Shown here: positions 57,852 to 64,000 of the stretch, one piece after another
Layout: every line of letters begins with the position of its first letter
Position numbering within the stretch: position 1 is the first letter of the stretch
NCBI GenBank assembly: GCA_040005235.1
Contig: JBDTZG010000005.1
Coordinates: 1 to 64,000, forward strand
Source of the DNA: Acidobacteriota bacterium
Lineage (GTDB): Bacteria; Acidobacteriota; Thermoanaerobaculia; Multivoradales; UBA5704
DNA length: 64,000 nt
Direction: 5' to 3'
Translations under genes and position numbers: made by a program
Notes under the pieces: model-generated
Told to the model about the DNA's origin: nothing
Seen by the model: only the letters and a program-made list of their open reading frames with translations
Databases searched by the model: none

Positions 57852-60800
57852 CTACCCAGCCAGAAACCTCAACACCTTATCCGCCAACCCGGTTTCGAAA
57901 GCCAGAAGCTCCGCCTGGCCTGAGGCCGCGTCTTGGGCTTTGGCGTGGATGGCCGCCCGGGCTTTCTTAGCGCCCTCGGCGTTCGAGACCTGGTAGAAGG
58001 CGGCGAACACTTCGCCCACTCCGCGCCCGCTTTCTTTCATCGCTCGGCGCACGAAGGCGATGCCCGCGGTGTTGACGATGTGGTTCACCGCGACCGTGGC
58101 CACGATCTCGCGCTTCAGGGGATGGGCGGCAAAGTGCTTGGCATATTCCTTTTGCAGGCGCTCGGGGAAGTACGAGGCTAGCAGCGGCGCGCCTTCTGGA
58201 GAGCCGGGGAACTCGGTCGCCATCACCGCTTCGGAGAGGTAGCGCTTGGTCTCGCCGAGCAACATCGCGAGGAGGGGACGCGGCAGGCCGGTCTCCGCAC
58301 TATCTCGGCGCAGGACATCGTGCGCCGGTACCGAGTCATCGACGGGATTGAGGAATTGCGCCTCTACCAGGGCGTCGATGCAGTCGAGGTTTTCGTCCAA
58401 CGCGGCCCGGGAGCGCAGGGCGTCGAGGGTGATCGCCAGGGCCTGGTTGGAATTGTCGGCCAGGCACAGGTCGGCCACTGCCTCCGTCATCTCGGCGAGC
58501 AGCTTGTTGCGCTCGCCGACGCTCTGGAGCGCGCCGGCTTTGAGGAGGATGCTCATGAGGATCTTGATGTTGACCTCGTGGTCGGACATGTCGACCCCGG
58601 CGGAGTTGTCGATGGCGTCCGTATTCAAGAGCACCGCGCGCCGGGCCAGTTCCAGGCGGCCCTTCTGGGTCAAGCCGAGGTTGCCGCCTTCGGAAACCAC
58701 GCGCGCCCGCACCTGGGAGGCATCGACACGGACCCGGTCGTTGGCCCGATCGCCGACGTCCTGATGCTCTTCGTCGGAGGCCTTCACATAGGTGCCGATG
58801 CCGCCGTTATAGAGCAGATCCACGGGGGCCCGGAGGATGGCGCGAATCAACTCCTCCCCCGACAGGGCCGCCACGTGCGATTCCATCCCCAGGACGGTGC
58901 GCATTTCACCGCTGAGCGGAATGGACTTGGCGCTTCGATCGAAAATCCCTCCGCCCGCGCTGATCAGCGACGCGTTGTAATCGCGCCAGGAGGAGCGGGG
59001 CAGTCTGAACAGCCGGTCCCGCTCGGCGAACGAGGTCGAGGCGTCGGGGGTCGGATCGACGAAAATGTGGGCGTGGTTGAAGGCCGCGACCAGCCGGAGA
59101 ACCCGGCTCATCAGCATCCCGTTGCCGAACACGTCGCCCGCCATGTCGCCGATGCCCACCACCGTGATCGGATCACTCTGGCAATCCATCCCGAGGTTGG
59201 CGAAGTGGTGTTTGACGCATTCCCACGCGCCGCGCGCCGTGATGCCGACTTTCTTGTGGTCATACCCGACCGAGCCGCCCGAGGCGAAGGCGTCGCCCAG
59301 CCAGAAGCCATATTGATTGGACACGCCGTTGGCGGTGTCGGACAGATGGGCGGTGCCCTTGTCGGCCGCGACCACGAGATACGGGTCGTCTCCGTCGTAG
59401 CGGACGACGTCGGGTGGATGCAAAACCGCCCCATCCACGATGTTGTCCGTGATGTCGAGCAAGCCGGACACGTACTCGCTATAGCGCTCGATCAGGTAGT
59501 TGTCGAGCGCCGGCCGGACCGGAACCGTCCCCTTGAGGACGAAGCCGCCCTTCGATCCCACCGGGACGATGATCGAGTTCTTCACCATCTGCGTCTTCAT
59601 CAGGCCGAGAACTTCCTGGCGGAAATCGTCGTGCCGATCGCTCCAGCGGATGCCCCCTCGCGCGACCTTGCCGCCGCGGAGGTGCGCCCCTTGCACCTTG
59701 CGCGAGTGGACGGCGATCTCGAACATCGGCTTGGGGCTCGGCACTAGAGGGATGCTCCTCGAATCGAACTTGATCGAGATCACCGGCCGCTCCGGCACCT
59801 GGAACGCGTTGGTTCGCAGGGCTGCGCTCACCAGGCCGGAAAGACCGCGCAGGACCTCGTCGTCCTGGAGACTCTCGATCGCATCGAGCGCGGCCTCGAC
59901 CTCCTGGCCGGAATCGACGACCGCCTGCTTGCGGTCGTCGCCCAGGGCGGGATCGAACCGGGCGGTGAAGTGACGGGAGATCGCGACCGTGGCGGGGGTG
60001 TTCCGGAGCAGGGCCTGGTTCACCGTCTCGACGTTGTAGTGGGTCCGGAGCTGCAGCAGATGATTGCGGAGGCAGCGCAGCACCTCGATCTCCCGCGCGC
60101 TCAAGCCCCCTTCCAGGATCAGGGCCTGCAACGCGTCATCGGTCGCCCTTCCCTCGTCGATCAGGCGCAGGGCGGAGATCACCGAGGAGATGTCGGTGGC
60201 GAGCGACCCGATGACCCGGCTGCTGGCCCGGGTCTGGAACTGGTAGATGTGGCCGCTGCGCCCATTGGGCAGGGTCAGGTTCATCGACACTTCCTCGTCG
60301 ACGTTGAGGCCCAGGTTGGTGAGCGTGCGAAAAATCTCGGAAAGGACCAAGGGTTCGCGGGAGAAGATCTTGAGCGTCGCCGCCTCGGCGGACCGCGGCA
60401 TCGCGCGCGCCCCCAGGCCTTGGCTCAGCTGCTCGAGGCACTCGATGTCCTCCGGGACCTGCTCGGGGGGCGTCATCTCCCGGTAGACGCCGCTGCGCGA
60501 CTCGCTGCGCACGTAGCGGTCGAAAAGCCTTCGGCCTTGGGCATCCCCGAAGTGGCCGACCATCTCCAAAGAGACCCGATCGGTCCAGGAGTTGGTCTCC
60601 TGAGCGGCGATCTCCTCGGCCCGAGAGGCGTCGATCGGCCCGGTGAGATGTTCGCCGTCGAAATAGACGACGATCATCGAGGTGTTGCCCAGGTCGGCGG
60701 AAGTGACGAAGGTGATTGGGCCGAAGGCTTCCTCGTACTTCTTCTTGAGGTCGCGCTCCATTTGGACGGAGTACCGCGAGCGGGGAAACACCACGTAGAG

Positions 60801-62081
60801 GGCCTGGTAGACCACCCCTTGGCGAACCTGCACGAAGAGGTCGTCATCGCCGGCGGCGAAGACGATCTTGTCGACGATCTTCTTCAAGGAGGTGCGGTCG
60901 GTATAGAACAGCTCGCGCTTCGGCATGCGATTGAAAACGGCCCGGGTCTCCCGGTAGGCGTGGGAGTTCTTGAGCCCGCCGCAGTTCTCCAGGAGGTAGT
61001 CCTGCTTCTGCCGCAGGAGGGGGATGTCTGTGGGACGCGCGATCAGCGAAGTCATGGAGAACCGGCCGAGCAGGAGGGTGATGCCCGAAAGCGACCCATC
61101 CGCGGCCCATTCGCGGATTACCACGTCGTCTACCGGCTCCACCGAATGGAGGGAGGACGCGTGGTTGCCGTAGTCGATGACGATGATCCGATCGTCTTCG
61201 GGGCCGGGAATGAGGCGCTGCTCGATCTCCTCGACCATGCGGGGAAACACCACGCTCAACAGCGCGGGGTCCGTAAAGACGCCCAGCGAAGCCTCCGGCC
61301 GGCGGGCGAGCTCGCCCCCCGTAGTGACCTTGTAACAGGCGAGGCCTTGCAGGATGTAGTTGTCATTCTGCAGCCATTCAAGAAATTCCTTCGAGGACTG
61401 CTCCCGCGCGGAGTCGCCATTGCGGTCGCGGATGCGTCCCGCGGTTTCGCTTAGGGCACGGCACATGGCCGAAAAGTCGTGAACCGAAGCGAAGACGGCC
61501 TTCAGAACCGCATGGATCTCGGACTCGATCTCGCGCAGCCGGTCCTCGTCCTCTACCTTGTCGATGCGGAAATGGCAGTGGACCTCCCGGGTCCCCTCGT
61601 CTCCCGCCGGCCCAATCGCCGTGACCTTGCCCCACTGGCGCTTGACGCTCAAGATGGGATGGACGGTAGAGATGACGCGGATCGAAGCCTTGCGGAAATA
61701 GTTCTTGAGACTCTCAAAGATGAACGGCGCGTCGAGGGTGTGGGTGTCGACCACGGTCACCTCGGCGGAAATCGATTTCCCCGCAATCATCCGGGTCTCC
61801 GTAACCCCGAGGTTGCGCACCCTTACGTGGAGACCCGGAACCCCCGGGCCCGCCTGGTGGGCATCCGGCAGTTCGTGAGCGAAAAAGTTGAAATGTTGGG
61901 TCAGGCGCTCGGCGGTCCGCCTCGCGTCTCCGTCAAGGGCGGCGGAATCCGGCATCGCCGCGTAGAACGCCCGGGAGAAAGCCAGGAGCAAGGCGGCATC
62001 CTCCGGCGGCGCGGTGGTCTTCAGGACTTCTTCGATTTCGTCCAGGCGCAGGGCGCGGGCGTTGGGGTCTTGGGTGATCAT
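57852..62081 (-). CDS. Large NAD-specific glutamate dehydrogenase
   Basis: HLRGGKVARGGIRWSDR, KTQMVKN, VVAADKGTA, GYDHK..GITARGAW, GIGDMAGDVFGNG. Confidence 0.95.
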   Translation of the reverse strand: MITQDPNARALRLDEIEEVLKTTAPPEDAALLLAFSRAFYAAMPDSAALDGDARRTAERLTQHFNFFAHELPDAHQAGPGVPGLHVRVRNLGVTETRMIAGKSISAEVTVVDTHTLDAPFIFESLKNYFRKASIRVISTVHPILSVKRQWGKVTAIGPAGDEGTREVHCHFRIDKVEDEDRLREIESEIHAVLKAVFASVHDFSAMCRALSETAGRIRDRNGDSAREQSSKEFLEWLQNDNYILQGLACYKVTTGGELARRPEASLGVFTDPALLSVVFPRMVEEIEQRLIPGPEDDRIIVIDYGNHASSLHSVEPVDDVVIREWAADGSLSGITLLLGRFSMTSLIARPTDIPLLRQKQDYLLENCGGLKNSHAYRETRAVFNRMPKRELFYTDRTSLKKIVDKIVFAAGDDDLFVQVRQGVVYQALYVVFPRSRYSVQMERDLKKKYEEAFGPITFVTSADLGNTSMIVVYFDGEHLTGPIDASRAEEIAAQETNSWTDRVSLEMVGHFGDAQGRRLFDRYVRSESRSGVYREMTPPEQVPEDIECLEQLSQGLGARAMPRSAEAATLKIFSREPLVLSEIFRTLTNLGLNVDEEVSMNLTLPNGRSGHIYQFQTRASSRVIGSLATDISSVISALRLIDEGRATDDALQALILEGGLSAREIEVLRCLRNHLLQLRTHYNVETVNQALLRNTPATVAISRHFTARFDPALGDDRKQAVVDSGQEVEAALDAIESLQDDEVLRGLSGLVSAALRTNAFQVPERPVISIKFDSRSIPLVPSPKPMFEIAVHSRKVQGAHLRGGKVARGGIRWSDRHDDFRQEVLGLMKTQMVKNSIIVPVGSKGGFVLKGTVPVRPALDNYLIERYSEYVSGLLDITDNIVDGAVLHPPDVVRYDGDDPYLVVAADKGTAHLSDTANGVSNQYGFWLGDAFASGGSVGYDHKKVGITARGAWECVKHHFANLGMDCQSDPITVVGIGDMAGDVFGNGMLMSRVLRLVAAFNHAHIFVDPTPDASTSFAERDRLFRLPRSSWRDYNASLISAGGGIFDRSAKSIPLSGEMRTVLGMESHVAALSGEELIRAILRAPVDLLYNGGIGTYVKASDEEHQDVGDRANDRVRVDASQVRARVVSEGGNLGLTQKGRLELARRAVLLNTDAIDNSAGVDMSDHEVNIKILMSILLKAGALQSVGERNKLLAEMTEAVADLCLADNSNQALAITLDALRSRAALDENLDCIDALVEAQFLNPVDDSVPAHDVLRRDSAETGLPRPLLAMLLGETKRYLSEAVMATEFPGSPEGAPLLASYFPERLQKEYAKHFAAHPLKREIVATVAVNHIVNTAGIAFVRRAMKESGRGVGEVFAAFYQVSNAEGAKKARAAIHAKAQDAASGQAELLAFETGLADKVLRFLAG

Positions 62082-62225
62082 CGAAGGAACCTCGGGAGCA
62101 GGGAGCTCAGTGGATCGATAGAACCGGTCGATTTGTGGCCTGCCGATGCTACAACGGTCCGGATACGATTCCCTCCGTGAACCGCCATTCCTACAACCAG
62201 ATCGCCGCGATCGTCGCCGCCAAGC

Positions 62226-62624
62226 CTAGACGAGGCGCGTGAAGCCCTGGGCCTTGGTGAGTACCCGCTCAAACGTATAGGTCGTGCGCGCTCCCCGGCC
62301 ACGCGCCTTTGCTCCGATCAGGCAATCGGAGAAGTCGGCTTTGCCGTCCTGGTAATTGTCGATGGCCTGATGAAGGATCTCCCGGTCCTCGAAGACGAAG
62401 AGCTCTCCCGCAAGCAACTCCTGCATCGCCGCCAGGATGTCCCCCCTCTTCGCTCGATAACTAGACTCCAGCACCCACTCCACTTCGCAGAGCACCGGAT
62501 CACTGATGTAGCAAGGCTCGCCTGCATCCGACGATTCTTGGAGGAGCCGTTCGGCTAGAGCGGTTTGGCCAGGATCGTCCCTTACCAAGAGGCGGATTAG
62601 GATGTTTGTATCGAGAGCGATCAC
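62226..62624 (-). CDS. VapC/PIN toxin
   Basis: IALDTNILIR, EVEWVL, ADFSD, TYTF; GTG start overlaps the antitoxin stop (GTGA). Confidence 0.9.
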   Translation of the reverse strand: MIALDTNILIRLLVRDDPGQTALAERLLQESSDAGEPCYISDPVLCEVEWVLESSYRAKRGDILAAMQELLAGELFVFEDREILHQAIDNYQDGKADFSDCLIGAKARGRGARTTYTFERVLTKAQGFTRLV

Positions 62625-62890
62625 CGCCCTGTGGCCTTCGCGAACCGTTCCGCAGCCCTTCGCTTGACCGCCTCGTTCATCTCCTCGACCGTTACGGGCC
62701 GCTCTTGAGCGAGATGGTGTAGAAGACCGGACAGCCGTCCGAGAGGACCACGAGCTGCCGGTCGGGCCAGAAGGTTGCCTTGATCGTCGAATCGGAAGAC
62801 CAAGCGATCGCCTTCCCTCAAGCCGAGCCGGTCGCGGACCTCCTTGGGGATCGTGATTTGACCTTTTGAGGTCAGAGTGCTCGTTGGCAT
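62621..62890 (-). CDS. AbrB/MazE/SpoVT antitoxin
   Basis: STLTSKGQITIPKEVRDRLGLREGD. Confidence 0.93.
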   Translation of the reverse strand: MPTSTLTSKGQITIPKEVRDRLGLREGDRLVFRFDDQGNLLARPAARGPLGRLSGLLHHLAQERPVTVEEMNEAVKRRAAERFAKATGR

Positions 62891-62972
62891 GTCGCCTCCT
62901 TACTATCGGGAAGTATACGCTCCTCTGGTAAGGATCTGCCGCCAAAGGCTCTCGACCGTGATCACCCGCTGA

Positions 62973-63616
62973 TCATCGCGAGTCGAGGTGCTGCCACGCC
63001 TCGGTGGCGCTCCAGATCGCGGTGCAAACCAGCAACACCCCAACGCCTCTCGCGATGCTACGTTCGACCTTGGGGTGAAGCCCCAGCCAGCCCCGCGCCC
63101 GGTCTGCGGCGCAGACGAGGGCTCCGTAGACTCCGATCTGTGTGGGGGAATGATCGTTCCCAGCTCCAGGGCTTGAGTGGCGATCGGGCCGTGATCGGCT
63201 CGGACGAACTGGGGAAAGATCGCCAGCATGAAGGCGTAGGCTTTCGGGTTGAGCAGGTTGGTGAGCGCGGCGCGACGGAAGGTGGCGGTTTTGGAGGGAA
63301 GGATCGCTCCTTCCGGCTGGCCGAGCGTTGCGCCGCTCTTCCAGAGCGAGATGCCGATCCAGGCCATGTAGGCGGCGCCGATGCCGAGCAGGGCGGAGAA
63401 CGCCGCGGGAAAGATCCGCAGCACGATCGCGATTCCCAGGCCGCCGATCGTGACGTGGCAGATCCCTCCCGCGACGATTCCCGCGACCGCGGCAAAGCCG
63501 AGCGCCCGGCCGCCGAGCAAGGCGCTTCCCAAGATAAACGCCATGTCGAGGCCGGGGAGAATCACGACCCCGAAGACGATGCCGAAGAACAGCAGGAGAT
63601 CGGGCGCAGGGATCAC
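62973..63616 (-). pseudogene. LysE family translocator with a 1-nt frameshift near 63145
   Basis: PGLDM, NLLNPKA..F..IFPQF; after a C5 run the hydrophobic tail TQIGVYGAL...GVLLVCTAIW continues in another frame to TGA at 62973. Confidence 0.75.
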
Positions 63617-64000
63617 TCCGCCGAGCCTCCGCTCAAGTCGCGGGTGAAATCCATGATCCAGTTCGTCTCCCAGGTCTTGCCGTCGTCTTCCGAAAATGCC
63701 TGCTCCCAGCGCGGGTCGGGCGTCGTGATTCTGGACCAGATGAAGCGAACGAGGATGGGTTGTCCGGCGAATTCGTCCGGTCCCAAGAAGATGCCTCGAT
63801 CGCCTTGGAACGATCCGACCACCGGCGGTTGGAGCGCGCCGGTGCGGTTGTCGGCCCAGTAGATCGACCAGGTCTTTTGACCGGGGTCGAAGAAGCGGAA
63901 CGACATGCCGCGAAAGCCTTCCCAGTAATCGGTGACGAATTCGTCCTCGTTGGCGATCCCGCCAAGATTCGGGTGGCAGTCGTTCGTCGCGTCGAATTCG
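63613..64000 (-). CDS. DUF1579-like protein, 3' part (5' end outside window)
   Basis: GMSFRFFDP..WSIYWAD, VRFIWS, WEQAFS.D.GKTWETNWIMDF. Confidence 0.8.
   Translation of the reverse strand, partial: EFDATNDCHPNLGGIANEDEFVTDYWEGFRGMSFRFFDPGQKTWSIYWADNRTGALQPPVVGSFQGDRGIFLGPDEFAGQPILVRFIWSRITTPDPRWEQAFSEDDGKTWETNWIMDFTRDLSGGSAE

Noticed and set aside
57852-62081. GDH shorter than typical large GDHs
   Set aside because: Catalytic motifs are intact and the ORF is uninterrupted; likely ordinary length variation

Overview
High-GC (roughly 65-70% by eye) bacterial chromosome segment. An ADOP-type duplicated permease, ECF sigma/Ser-Thr kinase pairs, winged-helix-TPR regulators and IPTL-like sorting tails suggest Acidobacteriota (Thermoanaerobaculia-like); this is inference. 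About 60 genes, one tRNA-Gly(TCC), two TA loci (one dead), several pseudogene scars, REP doublets and a 20-bp palindromic tandem array. No CRISPR, rRNA, integrase or transposase was seen. Best candidates for under-described systems: (1) an operon of PspA/ESCRT-III-like protein, membrane coiled-coil protein and a Vps4/CDC48-class AAA+ ATPase (1-3009, cut by the window edge); (2) a prenol-salvage-like operon: farnesol-dehydrogenase-like SDR, prenol kinase-DUF92 fusion and UbiA prenyltransferase (15815-19164); (3) a GAF-sigma54 activator plus TPR Ser/Thr kinase cassette flanked by two small genes with sigma54 promoters, one an aegerolysin (43615-49026); (4) a 10 x 20-bp palindromic array near an HNH nuclease (53726-53918). 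Family assignments come from motif recognition by eye, not database searches.
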